A stretch of DNA of 63,785 nt, filler included, from Hausera hauseri (Eukaryota): NCBI GenBank assembly GCA_046269625.1. It is 11 parts of 11 records of this genome, joined end to end, with 100 filler letters (N's around TTAATTAATTAA, not from the genome) between each part and the next. Parts side by side here need not be neighbours in the genome. Positions count along the whole stretch, not along the records: positions 1 to 11,909 come from JBJURY010059995.1; positions 12,010 to 16,418 come from JBJURY010595222.1; positions 16,519 to 20,765 come from JBJURY010677996.1; 8 more parts are not named here. One strand, given 5' to 3'. This document shows, one piece after another, positions 9,058 through 20,865 of the stretch; the first letter of the stretch is position 1; each line of letters opens with the position of its first letter. The position numbers were made by a program, and so were the translations under genes. The notes beneath the pieces are model-generated. The model ran no database searches and was not told where the DNA came from. It worked only from the letters and a program-made list of their open reading frames with translations.

Positions 9058-9350
9058 TCATAAGATAGTTGTATAAACACCATCGGTTTGCCTATTCACA
9101 ATCTCGTCGGGCACAAAATAATTCAAATTAAAGTTAATATCATATTGTGGTATATTTTCATATTCGTTTAGGTACTCTGCATAAAATGTCTTATTGGATC
9201 TCTTAAGATACACGGCAAGTGAACAGCATATTATGATTGCTATACCTGAAATAATAATTACAACCACCCATGTATAGAAGAGAGGGAATGAATTTTGTTT
9301 AGATTTCACAAATGCACTAGTTGTTGAGGCCGGTATACGTGAAAAAAAAA
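9058..9350 (-). CDS. Transmembrane anchor and cytoplasmic tail of the integrase-fused glycoprotein (frameshifted at a T9 run)
   Basis: WVVVIIISGIAIIICCSLAVYL followed by KRSNK and Tyr motifs YENI/YTTI; overlaps the end of the upstream ORF at the homopolymer 9342-9350. Confidence 0.65.
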
Positions 9351-11746
9351 TAAAAGGTAAATTTTTGTTTCCAATTTGAAAAATTTGTTTCAAATAATAT
9401 GGGTTTTTCCAACGGTTTGGGAATTACAAGACGTGTTGTATTGCGTTCATGCGCTGCTGACTCAGACAAGGATTGGTTTGGTGTAAAGTTAACTGTTGTA
9501 GTTAAAGGGTCCATTTTTGTAGGGACAATTCGTGAGTCCAACGTAATGACTTTTGGTCTTATGTGTGGAGGTGAATTAAATGAGAATAAATGTTTTAAGT
9601 TCAGCGTCGTGTTAATTATAGGTTGACGTGATGAGTTTACCAAGATTGCGAACTGAATCCGACATACAGAGGGTCGAAAATGGATATCTTCTTTCTTTAT
9701 TACTACAAGCCGAGGTGAAGACGGTCCCACGGACACCAGCCAATGTTTTCCTATGTATATAGCTTCCAATACTGGAGGGTTCCACCGTGTTCGTAAAACA
9801 TCAATATAAGAATAGGGGATTGCTTTCCACAAAAATGATCCCAATGTAAATAAAGGTTGAACAGGGGGAATCAACCAATCGTGTATGAAATATATGTTTG
9901 TCTCGGATATTGGAATGGTAATTCTGACCCATGTCGGTTTATTATAATATATTGGAAAACGTGGTAAATCAAGGGATAATTTTGGAACAATAGTCCGTCT
10001 AGTAAAATTTAGTCTAATTCCTTCAATCTGTACTAAAACTCCGGATTGTCCTTCAGTCCATAAGTACTGATAAACCAAGAATGGTTCTCTGAAGATCCGA
10101 AACGAAGGTGTTTGTAAAGGTGGCGTTTCCCACCTGTCGACTATTGTCGTTGAACCTTGGTCAAAGAAGGCGAAAGTTTGTTGCACTGTGGGCTTGTCCA
10201 CAGGATAAAAACATGCTCCGCCAGGTGACTCAATTGTACATAGGCCAAGAAATTCTACTGACCGGTTATCCCAAATATGAAATATTAAAACTTTAACAGT
10301 GTTAGTCGTCTGAGGAATATTTGTGTGTAAATAAGTTATCTGGTTTTGATGTCTCCAACCCATATATATTGCTGGTCGACATTCGTAATTTCCTAAGCAG
10401 TGAAGTATGGTAAAAAGGAAAGTTGCGTATAGAATACGACTTTCAAATAATGTAGAGCAAATTGGTTGAGTAGGATCTGTTACTTTTGTTTTATCTTTCT
10501 TTTCATCTTCCGGTTGTTTTATTTCTGGATCTTTACTTTTCGATATGGGCGGAGAAGTCAATTTGCACCATTCTGCTGCTAGACAAACAATTTCATTACG
10601 TTTGCCTACTTTCTTTTTAATAAAAATATTGTTATCTGTAACTCGTTCAACCTGATAAGGTCCTTTCCATGGACGAGTTAGTTTGGGTGATAGACCTTTC
10701 TTTGTTACATGGTCGTAAACCATTATCCAATCATCTACTTGAATTTTATGGGGTCTGGCATGTTTATCATATTGCTTTTTATATTGTTTTTGGTAGTCCA
10801 ATGTTAGTGACTGAGCTAAAGCCCAAGCCTTCGTTAATCTTTCCTTTAGATAGTTTACATAATCTGGTTCACTTTTTGCCAATGCTTCCTTTGGTATAAA
10901 TTCTAAATCTATGGGTAGTAATGGTTCTCTTCCATACATCAAATAGAATGGAGATTCATGCGTTGCTGTGTGTGGCGCAGATCTCAAAGCGAACATACAG
11001 GCTGGGATAAATAGATCCCAATCATCTTGTCGATCGTTTGTTACTGTTGCCAGCATTGACAATAGTGTCCCATTTAATTTTTCTACCATTCCATCTGTTT
11101 GTGGGTGATATGCAGCGGTTTTAAGTTTGTATATAGTAAATAGTCTGCACACTTCTTCAAACATGTGATTTATGAATTCTCTTCCTTGATCTGTTAATGT
11201 TTTTCGTGGAGCACCATACCGAAAAACTATTTCTTCAACAAACAAAGCTGCAACAGTAAATGCCGTCTTATCAGGCATTGGAAAGGCTTCCGGAAATCGT
11301 GTCAAATAATCAATGAATACTAGTATATATTGGTTGCCACTTTGTGTTTTATGTAATGGACCGACAATATCCATTGCAGTAAATTCCATTGGTCTTGCTG
11401 GTGGTGTTATAGGGTGTAATTGCGGTTTACTGCGTAGTCCTCTAGCTCGTCTAGTTGCACAGATTTGACAATCTTTACACCATTGTTCCACATCCTGCTG
11501 AACAGTTCTCCAATAATATTTTGTTTTGATTCTTCCTAACGTTTTTTTGAAAGCCGGATGACACGCCAACATTCCATCATGTTCTTGGTGTAGTATGTCT
11601 TTTCGTTTTTCCAATGGTATTACAATTAGTTGTTTATTACGGTGCCAATATCTTACTAGATCATTAATAATAAGATAGTGTGATCCTTGATTTAATAAAT
11701 GGTGCATCAAGGCTTTCTCTTCCGTATTAATTTTCTTTGTTCTCAA
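9317..11746 (-). CDS. Gypsy/Ty3 integrase with ~370-aa glycoprotein-like C-terminal extension (pol 3' end; 5' part frameshifted and truncated by contig end)
   Basis: HHCC (H..HP..C..C), MDIVGP, DYLTRF, TDQGREF, YHPQTDGMVE, WKGPY; then hydrophobic ILYATFLFTILHCLG (10391-10435) and several N-X-S/T sequons. Confidence 0.9.
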   Translation of the reverse strand: MRTKKINTEEKALMHHLLNQGSHYLIINDLVRYWHRNKQLIVIPLEKRKDILHQEHDGMLACHPAFKKTLGRIKTKYYWRTVQQDVEQWCKDCQICATRRARGLRSKPQLHPITPPARPMEFTAMDIVGPLHKTQSGNQYILVFIDYLTRFPEAFPMPDKTAFTVAALFVEEIVFRYGAPRKTLTDQGREFINHMFEEVCRLFTIYKLKTAAYHPQTDGMVEKLNGTLLSMLATVTNDRQDDWDLFIPACMFALRSAPHTATHESPFYLMYGREPLLPIDLEFIPKEALAKSEPDYVNYLKERLTKAWALAQSLTLDYQKQYKKQYDKHARPHKIQVDDWIMVYDHVTKKGLSPKLTRPWKGPYQVERVTDNNIFIKKKVGKRNEIVCLAAEWCKLTSPPISKSKDPEIKQPEDEKKDKTKVTDPTQPICSTLFESRILYATFLFTILHCLGNYECRPAIYMGWRHQNQITYLHTNIPQTTNTVKVLIFHIWDNRSVEFLGLCTIESPGGACFYPVDKPTVQQTFAFFDQGSTTIVDRWETPPLQTPSFRIFREPFLVYQYLWTEGQSGVLVQIEGIRLNFTRRTIVPKLSLDLPRFPIYYNKPTWVRITIPISETNIYFIHDWLIPPVQPLFTLGSFLWKAIPYSYIDVLRTRWNPPVLEAIYIGKHWLVSVGPSSPRLVVIKKEDIHFRPSVCRIQFAILVNSSRQPIINTTLNLKHLFSFNSPPHIRPKVITLDSRIVPTKMDPLTTTVNFTPNQSLSESAAHERNTTRLVIPKPLEKPILFETNFSNWKQKFTFYFFFTYTGLNN

Positions 11747-11909
11747 ATTCTCTGATTATTTGTAATTCTGGATCCTTTTCCTGTAAACATATTAATTTCT
11801 AAATATCGGTCTCAGTCAATTGATTATCGTGTAAATCTTTATGAAATATTAACATTTGAGAAACATGAATTTGTTTACATTCAGTTTCGAGATTTTCTAA
11901 TTCTTGTTT

Positions 11910-12009
11910 NNNNNNNNNNNNNNNNNNNNNNNNNNNNNNNNNNNNNNNNNNNNTTAATTAATTAANNNNNNNNNNNNNNNNNNNNNNNNNNNNNNNNNNN
12001 NNNNNNNNN
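11910..12009. other. Artificial contig linker (also 16419-16518, 20766-20865, 25000-25099, 29829-29928, 35734-35833, 40151-40250, 45156-45255, 50081-50180, 58127-58226)
   Basis: Identical N44-TTAATTAATTAA-N44 with stops in all six frames. Confidence 0.98.
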
Positions 12010-13109
12010 TATCGAGAACAATGTCGTATTGGTTAATGTAAACATACGCCTCTGAGTATATTGGATCCGAAAATCCCGTTAACTGCATCATATCATGTAG
12101 AAGAATCGATTTTTTAACAAGATTAACTAAAACGATTTGAAAATCAGGCTTCGACAACAGAGGTTTTAAAAGCTGAAGTTTGTGTTGGATGTCATCAAAT
12201 CTAGTGGACTTGATAAAATACGTGGAAAGATTATTCAACTGAATTGGAGCTTTGTACAGATTCACAGAAGAATACTTTTCAATTAACGAGCTAAATACGT
12301 CGACGGATTCAAAACAAAATGCGTGTAAAATACAACACTTTATTAACACATCTCTGTCCAACATCGAGTTTTTTGAAAATACATCTATAACGTTTGTGTG
12401 TGACTTTGTGTCGAGAGAGTTTAATAAAATTTCTATACCGCGACTAACAAGAATTTCGAAAAACTGGTAAGAATCAATTTTCAACAGGCAATAATTGATG
12501 ATTTCGGAAATACTTTTAACAGGTTGTTCTGAATAGCGTCCATTGATGAGTAGATTTTTCACAACCTTTCTATTAACTGTCATGTCGGAAAATTGAATAA
12601 CTTCATGAGCAGCTTTAAGAAGATTATCTAATGGACCAATACAAATTAAAAGATATTGCCTGAATGATGCATCAGGTGACTTGTATAGCAAATTGTGAAG
12701 TATTGGAAAAGGAGGATTCAACATAGAAATTCGGGAAATCATTGATTCCAAATTTTCTTTATCCAATTTACAGTTGATAGAAGGAAGCAATATGTCTACA
12801 GCATCAAACAAGTGCCTCCGAGCAAGTTTGAAAACGGTAATTGCAGCAACATTTTGATCTTTGAAAGGTTTGAGTTTTGAAAGCATCAAAGAAAGTAAAT
12901 CTTTCGATGCGCCACTATGAGCCAATTCGACATAACAGTCATAATCATACAATTGATAATTTTTTTGATCAACACATTTCTCAAAAGCAATCTTTAATAT
13001 TCCTGAACACTTATTAACATCGAAGATTGAAGCATATGACATAGCGAGGAAAGCGTAATCCTGATAGCGCAACGCAATTTTATTCTGTTTCCTGATATCA
13101 GAGTATCGC
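12010..13109 (-). CDS. Unknown helical region, C-terminal part of the chimeric ORF (truncated at contig end)
   Basis: Open in frame with the ferlin part; no motif recognised. Confidence 0.5.
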
Positions 13110-14125
13110 TCAATTTCGTCTTGTGACCAAAAATGCTCTTTCTTTCGAATAACCATCATATTCTCGACAGGAAGATAGCTAAACAGAAAAACAAATCTCC
13201 AATTGAAATTTCCTTCTCCATCCAGGGATCTGTAATGAACATCCGTTTCTTGCTTTTCATCAATACCAGCCAACCATCCCTTAACATAAATATCCGACAT
13301 TTTCTCACCTAACAAATTTTCCTCTTCTAAAATAACGTCTTTCGTATTCCAAACAATAATACGTAATTCATATTGTCTAGCTTTCCGTTGAGTTATGTCA
13401 AATGGCGATCCAAGGTTTTCTATTGCACGTGGAAATATATCGATCCAACATAATAATTTTCCTTGTTCAATTCCTGGTTGTAAAGGGCTGTAAAGTGGCC
13501 TTGTTTCAACATGTTCCTTAGTTAATTGAAACAAGTTTAAAACGTAAAGAGCAAGTCGTTCTTTACTTGGACCGTAATGAGGATTGCTTTTATGCTTTTC
13601 AAACGAAGAAAGTTTAAACTGACGTTGACCAATGCATAACGTTTCGTCATCTTTGAACGTTGGTGGTGGAATGAAATTGTTTTCACAGAAGGTTGTTAAT
13701 ATTTCAAGAGGCTTAAAACAGTCCCTCCATTGATTTGGTCCGTTAATGCAATACGTTTGGGGGATACCACAAGTTGCGCGGAATTTCGTTAGTAAACGAT
13801 TTTCTAAGTCAATTGATGTCTCACCAATAACGTCATCAGTGCTCATTGAATCATAATCTTTAATTCTGATGTATAGATCTTTACTTATTGGAATTGTACA
13901 TTTGATTTCAAACATTCTGCCGAATTCGGGACACAAACAATTTGGTATATAATTGTATTTGTTACTTACGATTTTCTTACCAAGTTGAACTTCAACGTAT
14001 GGATCAGACAGTCTACTTGGGTCATTAGGTTGAAGTTCAACCGCTTTTACAACATATACACGTACAACACATTCAATTGGTTGTGTAGATGGTAAACCTC
14101 TTTCAAGATATTTTGGCGGCAACTT
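13110..14125 (-). CDS. Ferlin C2E and partial C2F region, middle of the chimeric ORF
   Basis: VRVYVVKAVELQPND..DPY, DDVIGETSIDLENR, EHVETRPLYSPLQPGIEQG, YELRIIVWNT, MSDIYVKGW, QETDVHYRSLDGEGNFNWRF. Confidence 0.92.
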
Positions 14126-14294
14126 ATATTCACATCCACTAAATCTAAACATTACATGCCGTTGAACATGTATTCTGTAACCAAACACTCTCTTAATCTT
14201 TGGCTGGAGCATTAGTAAAAGAAAAGAAATAAATTCATTGCGTATACATCCACAAATTTCAGTTAATTTTTGTCTCAAATTATTATGGAATTCA

Positions 14295-16369
14295 GGACTT
14301 AAATTTTTAATTCCAGCATTGATGATACTTGTATAATCACTGCCTTTGGGAAGAGCATATGCATAAAAATATTGATCGAAACCATTCGTTACGGTGATAC
14401 ATGGTGTACCAATGCTGAGTTTCAAAATTGAATCATGATAGATGAATGCAACATATTGACTTTTGATCAAGGCTAATCCATCATTAGAATTATTCACATA
14501 TAAGCCCTTTGTACCCCCTTGCAACTCTGCAGCCAGCTGTTGAACATAATCGTAGGGAGGCTGTTTCAAGAACTGGGTAACAGATGACTGATTCACTGTG
14601 CATGATTTATAAGTGGTTTGTTTTTGGAAATCTTCAAGTGTTGTTATGGCTGATTGCAACCGTAAATTAGTTCGAATTGCACCATAAACTGCAACGTATG
14701 ACAACAGAACAATAATATTAAATATCCACCAAAATACAGCAAGGATTCGTCCGGAAGGTCTGTCGGGTAAAGCAGTGGTTACACCTTGAACAAGTGACCC
14801 GACAAAAAATAAAATTGAGTCTTTAATTCCAAATGATGCTCTATTTGGACTCAGTAAATTGATTAGCGTCAAAACTACTGAGTAGACAATGGTACTTAAT
14901 ATTATTATTACCCACACGAGCCAGTTGAAAACAAGAATAAAATTGAACATTGTTTCATAATTGCTTTTGGTTACTTGTTTGTAGACTATTGCAAGTTTGT
15001 ATGCTTTGAACGTATCGGTCATATCGATATACGGAAGATATGACTTAAAGTACGTAATAGGTCCAACGACAATATCAGCTTGCCCATTTTGTGCTATTAA
15101 AAGTATACCATTTAACTGATTGTTGATTAGCATTCCAGGAAAAGTATTGTAATAAGTTATATTGTATGAAACATTTAAGTTATTCAATATTTGTTCGATC
15201 ATTTCAATACTGTAACCAGGTTTAGTACTGTTTGGAATGACGAACGGATTTTCCACGAGCGCAGCTATTCTGAATGGTACTGCTCTCATTATCTTTAAAA
15301 TATTAGCCGTCGTAGGTTGAAATAAAGGTAGAGTTGGTTGATTGACTGTTACATTACCATTAAGAGTTGCCTCTACATTGCCAACTTGTTGGAAGGAATT
15401 GTTAAAAATGTATACATTTACACCCCATGTTTTCCTGTAAATTGCACTGGTATTAAATGTTAAAATTCCGGTTGATAATGTAACATCTCCTGGTAATGGC
15501 GCATTACATGCATCATAGTCAAGCAGGCGTATCAAAGAATAAGCAATATCACTCAAAATCATATCCCTTTCCCCTACAAGTCTGAGGGAACCGTTGAAGT
15601 TTGATGCACATGTTTGACAGAAATCATATGCAGTAAAGTTATTTGAGAAAAACACGTTCAGTCCAATTTGTTGGTAATTTGTGGCAAATCCGCTGTAAAA
15701 GACGAGCCAACGATATTTCCAATTCAACACTCTCCTTTTATCACAGATCGAAATAAGCTCTACTGTTTCATTGAAATTTAAGTCCGTTGCGATATTTTTT
15801 ATAGATCCGGTTTGTAAAATTGTTGCAATTTGCTCGGCTGTTGAAGAATTGTAATATTGAATGATTTTTATGGCGCCGCTGAATGTACCAAAATAGGCCA
15901 ATGGATTGAATACTCTCCACGGTGTTAAGCTGTCAACGATCCCTGCGTCAATAACAATGATAATTGTTTTGTTTACGTCATTGGCCAACATGTTATTCAT
16001 AACTGATGTGACGTTTTCGACTTTGACGTCGTAAACAAATGGCACAAACTTACATAAATCAGCATAGTCGTCTGATGAAATTTCATTAATCAATGCTGTT
16101 AAAAAAATTTTATAGTCGAATAGAAGTTTACATAGTGGGACAATGGGGCAGTGAATAAAAGCAACAGAAGGGAAAAAACGGTGACTTAAACAAAAACTGC
16201 GGTATGCTTTAAAATCAACAGAGAGACTTACCAAATCATTCCAAAACGAGTCAAACAAAATCGCGAATATGTGTCCATTGTATAATGTCTCATTATTTAG
16301 CCAAAATTTCTGACACCATTTGTTGTTCTTTGCTTTAGTAGACTGGAATTCGACTGAATCTTGCGACAA
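14295..16369 (-). CDS. Divergent ionotropic glutamate receptor-like region (ATD-S1-M1-P-M3-S2, no M4), N-terminal part of a chimeric ORF
   Basis: ENPFV, GYSIEMI, ADIVVGPIT, M1 FNWLVWVIIILS, pore DSILFFVGSLVQG, SGRILAVFWW..SY, YAYALPKGS. Confidence 0.85.
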
Positions 16370-16518
16370 AATAATAAACGGGTTAAATATAATTAATTTA
16401 ACCTCGATTTGTTGGTGCNNNNNNNNNNNNNNNNNNNNNNNNNNNNNNNNNNNNNNNNNNNNTTAATTAATTAANNNNNNNNNNNNNNNNNNNNNNNNNN
16501 NNNNNNNNNNNNNNNNNN

Positions 16519-16953
16519 TTTGTGCTCGTTACATTTCAAACGACTGTTCAACAAACGGGCAGTTATACGACCGATTCGGAAACGTTTACCCATAGAAATG
16601 TGAATTACATCAGTGTGGGTCGGACTGAGGATTTCGTTGAGATGTACGAACAAGATTTTGAGTCTAACGATTATGTTTGCACATATATGCAATCTATCGT
16701 GCGCAACATGGGTTTGCTGAACAAAGACATCAACAATGGCATATCGATGGATTTGTTTAAGCCCACCTATTCATTCTTCATCTTCGTACTGGCTCCGGAT
16801 TATGACGTTAAATAGACTCAACTATCTCAGCTGGAAAATCTGCGACTGGAAGTTCACTTTGCCAAAGCGTTGGAGCAATATACCGTGACGTACATTTACG
16901 GTGTATTTGATGCCGAGGTTGAAATAACGAAAAATGGAACCGTCATTGTATAA
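16519..16953 (+). pseudogene. Polinton/adintovirus major capsid protein, C-terminal part
   Basis: FFIFVLAPD..*..NLRLEVHFAKAL..YGVFDAEVEI; one internal stop. Confidence 0.8.
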
Positions 16954-17049
16954 ATAAAATCCGGTGTGTCTCACTCTTTCTTCAGCTTTGTCGTACTATG
17001 AAGTAATTTATTACTACTATTACTATTATACTTAATTTACATTTAGCTC

Positions 17050-17403
17050 CAGCGATCTCAGTCACTATGGAAAACTGCTCTTGGGCGTAAAATTTTGTGG
17101 CGTGTTTCCAATGAACCGTGTGCCGCTTGATTTACGAAAAACCGGTGTCTTTATTGTCAATACACATACTTCATCGTTGCCGGGCGAACATTGGATTGTG
17201 TGTACGTCCACCATCCGACCAACGTCGTCAGAGTATTCGATCCGCTCGGATTTTACTATCCGTCATTGTTAGTTTTTCAAATTGAACGGAAATCATCATC
17301 ATCATATCATGTTGTATATAATCGAGTTCATTATCAACATCCAATGACTATACTGTGTGGACATTAATGCTTATTGTGGCTTACATTACAATCACTTTTG
17401 TGA
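17050..17403 (+). pseudogene. Polinton adenain-like cysteine protease (frameshifted)
   Basis: FCGVFP, IVNT..PGEHW, FDPLG, YQ...CG motifs across frames. Confidence 0.8.
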
Positions 17404-17588
17404 AATGTGTATTATTTTATTGCTGTTACTGTTTTTTGAACAAATCATGAGAAACAATATAATGTGTGACTTTTCATCACAATCATTCCCCTTATCAGTT
17501 TTGAGTAGTAGTAGTAGTACTCAACCATGAGCTCGTCGTCGTCGTCGTCACCGTACACGACTTTTTACAAAACAAAACGAAACGAGAA

Positions 17589-18555
17589 TTTGACTTTTTA
17601 ACAATGCGTTTTTTCTTTCGTTCGTTTTCGTTTCCGTTGCATTTTTCATCCCGATCCATTGGTCTGATCGCGAGGCGGCTAAAATATGAAATGCTCAACT
17701 ACTGATGGGCTACGTGCTCAACCCATTTCCACAGCCAGCAAACTTGAACAGTGGGAAATTTTTACAGTTTGAAATTTTCCCATCAATTTTTCCCCATGCT
17801 CCCATGGTCAGACCGAGTTGAAATTGTGTGCATTCGACTCACCGACATTCATTTGACGTTGACACCAAACATTGCGAAATTCGTAACTCGTGTCTCGTTT
17901 CTCGTAGAACATTTCCCGTTTTGCTTCTTTTGCATCTAGCGCCGCCCGGTTACATTTTTGACTCTCGCCGTGCTATAAAAATTTCCTCGCCTCATCGAGC
18001 TCTACCGATTTCCATTGGTGACATGTGCGACACATGACATGTGCTTCCGGTTGGGGGGATCTTCCAACCACAAAACATGAAATGCTCAGAATTGCATGAT
18101 AGATGGGGAAAACTTGGTCCCAGGTCCATCTGAACACTTTTTGGGAAGTGCGACAGACCTCTCATTTCTACTACAACGATGATTTTGACTTTAACATTGC
18201 GTTTTTTCGATGATGATGATTTTGACTTTTTAACAATGCGTTTGATTGCATTTTTCACCCCGATCCATTGGTCTGATCGTGAGGTGGCTATAATATGAAA
18301 TTTTCCCCTGCTTATGTGCAATGTATTAGACCAATTTCCTTCTCCGGATGACTTGAACATGGGGAAATTTTATCCCTTTAAAAATTTCCCATGAATTTTT
18401 TCGAATGTTCGCATGGTCTGACCGACTTGCAACAGTGCCCATTGCAATCGCTAATATCGATTTACCCCTTGTACACATTTTCTCAGGGCTAGCAGCATTT
18501 TTCGCGTTACACGTGGAGCATTTACTGTTTTGCTTCTTCCTCTTCTAGCGCCTCT
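17589..18555 (-). repeat. Tandem diverged duplication of a small decayed ORF (17589-17950 and 18220-18555)
   Basis: Shared blocks tttgactttttaacaatgcgttt, ccgatccattggtctgatcg, catggtc.gaccga, ttttgcttctt..tctagcgcc. Confidence 0.7.
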
Positions 18556-19035
18556 CCCTTACATTGCTCGACATCCTTTTCGGCCAGGGGAGGTCATCCG
18601 AAAATTCTAGTAAAATGTTCAGTATAACCAATCAGATGGGAAAACTGGTCGACGGACCAATCAGAATCATGCTGTGGAGAGGACACTTCTACCTACTATC
18701 GCACAACTTCTCAAATTGATTTTTAAGTTCAGGTATTCAATAAAGGTGTTGCATTTTCTTGTTTGAGGTTAGTTATGTAAATACGGATGTTAATTCGGAG
18801 CAATGATAGATGTAGTTGTAGATAAAATGAAGTAACACGAAAAATCTTTGCACCGAGTCGCCGTTTGTGGATGTTCAATATTTGTAAACGATTCGACGTA
18901 GGGGAGTGCTCGTAAGGATTGATGGTGTCTCCAGGAAAACAATGTCAACACACTACAGTGTGTCTCTCCTTAGGTGCTACTTTCAAGGTTGCGTTTGTTC
19001 TAAATTACTAATTCAATTCTTACCTACCCTATGCA

Positions 19036-19325
19036 TGGAAAAATCCTGGTCGTCCATATTTTACAAAAATGGGACATTTGAAAATAATGTGTCCAATTTT
19101 GTAAATTAAAAAAGTAATTGTAAACATGACATAAATTAGAAAATTTTAGAAGTATAAAGTATAAGATGATTTTCTGCACAATATTCATGACTATGCGCCG
19201 CTAATTCTAAAATTGTCTAATTGATGTAATGTATACAATTACATTTTTAATTAACAAAATTGGCCACATTATTTTCAAATGTCCAATTTTTGTGAAGTTT
19301 TGGCGATCCGGATTTTTCTACACTG
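19036..19325. mobile_element. MITE-like element with ~80-bp imperfect inverted repeats
   Basis: ggacatttgaaaataatgtg(t)ccaattttgt at ~19071 is the reverse complement of ~19254-19284; right end CACTG-TA is Tc1-like. Confidence 0.55.
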
Positions 19326-20865
19326 TAATTTACAAATAAAATAATATGCAAAGTAACACCCGTGGTAAATCAGAAATTTAAATTTCAACGTGGGTCCCAA
19401 AAATGTAGTGTTGTAATTTGATATATAGTCGTATTCATCAAATAATTGGCATTATTATGTTTTTGATTTCTGTCTACATACTTTTGTATTCCATAGTATA
19501 ATTATTTGTAAATATTATACACAAGCCAAAAACTAAATATTATAAAGAGTACTAAACAAGTTAAATCTTAATATGCACGTTCATGTAGTATTTTAAATTG
19601 AAATGGTGACTATGTAAAAGTAAGTAGAAAATTGGAAGTCTGCATCCCCTCCGGGGGGGGGGTGCGAATCGATAAATCAATTTGCACGTGACAATCAATA
19701 GTGCACACTGCACTATCGATCGGCAATGTGCTAGGTGACGGTGCCGTTAGGCACCGTTGCTATGCACATTTTTGCACATGTCACAAATCGATAGCTGCAC
19801 ATTGCACAATTGATCGAATCGATCGGGACAAAGTGCTAATCGACAGCGTACATTAGTGCACATCGATTGATGCAGTGTAGGTGCACTGCACATGGGCAAG
19901 TGTACAAAAATCAATAATATCGGTTTTCCGATATTTCCAATATTGATGCAATCGATTGGAAATACGGTGCATTATGTGAATGTGCAATTAGAATTTCAAT
20001 CGATCGAGTGGATTTCGAATAATATCGATCCAAAGTGCAACTGGTGCAAACTACCCATAGTCTTTTTAGGTCCTAAGGAGTCAAAATTTGATACAACATT
20101 TAGCGGGTACAGATAGGAAGTGCCCCATTGTAACCCGGGTCTTCCATCTCAGATTTCCGAAATTCGCTGCACAACTCTATTTTCACTGAATAGTATTGAT
20201 TATCTTGACACCCATAAATTTTTTTGAGAAATCTGAGAGCGTCAGTCGATTCCCCATGTCTTAATGTTTCTATATAGCACTTTGCAAGTGTGCTTTAATC
20301 AATAATAACGGCTTTCCGGTATAACCTTTAAAGTTGAATTTAGTACACGAGCACGTGGAAATCGAAAAATGTAAAAGCGTACACAAATAGAAATAAACAT
20401 ATGCTGTATCCGATTATGACGTCGGATATTCGAAAACTCGAATACAAGTCGAACTTTTCGAATAATTGATTTTCTATTCGCACAGAAGAAAAAATCGAAA
20501 AATCTGAAAACGTAGAAGGATAGAAACCCATATATGGAGAATCAGAATATTACGACAGATATTCGAAAACGGTTTAAATAAAAAAGCCGACTTTTCGATC
20601 GAATTCGAATATTCGAATAGGACCATCGGATTCCCCATGTCCGAAAACCTTTATAGACTAAAAATAGGGTGTGCAAAGTGTTTGGAATAGTCTCAAAATA
20701 AATAAAACATTGAAAAATTCGATAATATTCGGTCAAGAATAAATTATTGGAAAAATCTGATCACTNNNNNNNNNNNNNNNNNNNNNNNNNNNNNNNNNNN
20801 NNNNNNNNNTTAATTAATTAANNNNNNNNNNNNNNNNNNNNNNNNNNNNNNNNNNNNNNNNNNNN

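Noticed and set aside
11910-12009. Recurrent TTAATTAATTAA motif as a biological repeat, and ORFs ending in X..LIN
   Set aside because: Artificial linker; ORF ends inside it are not real.
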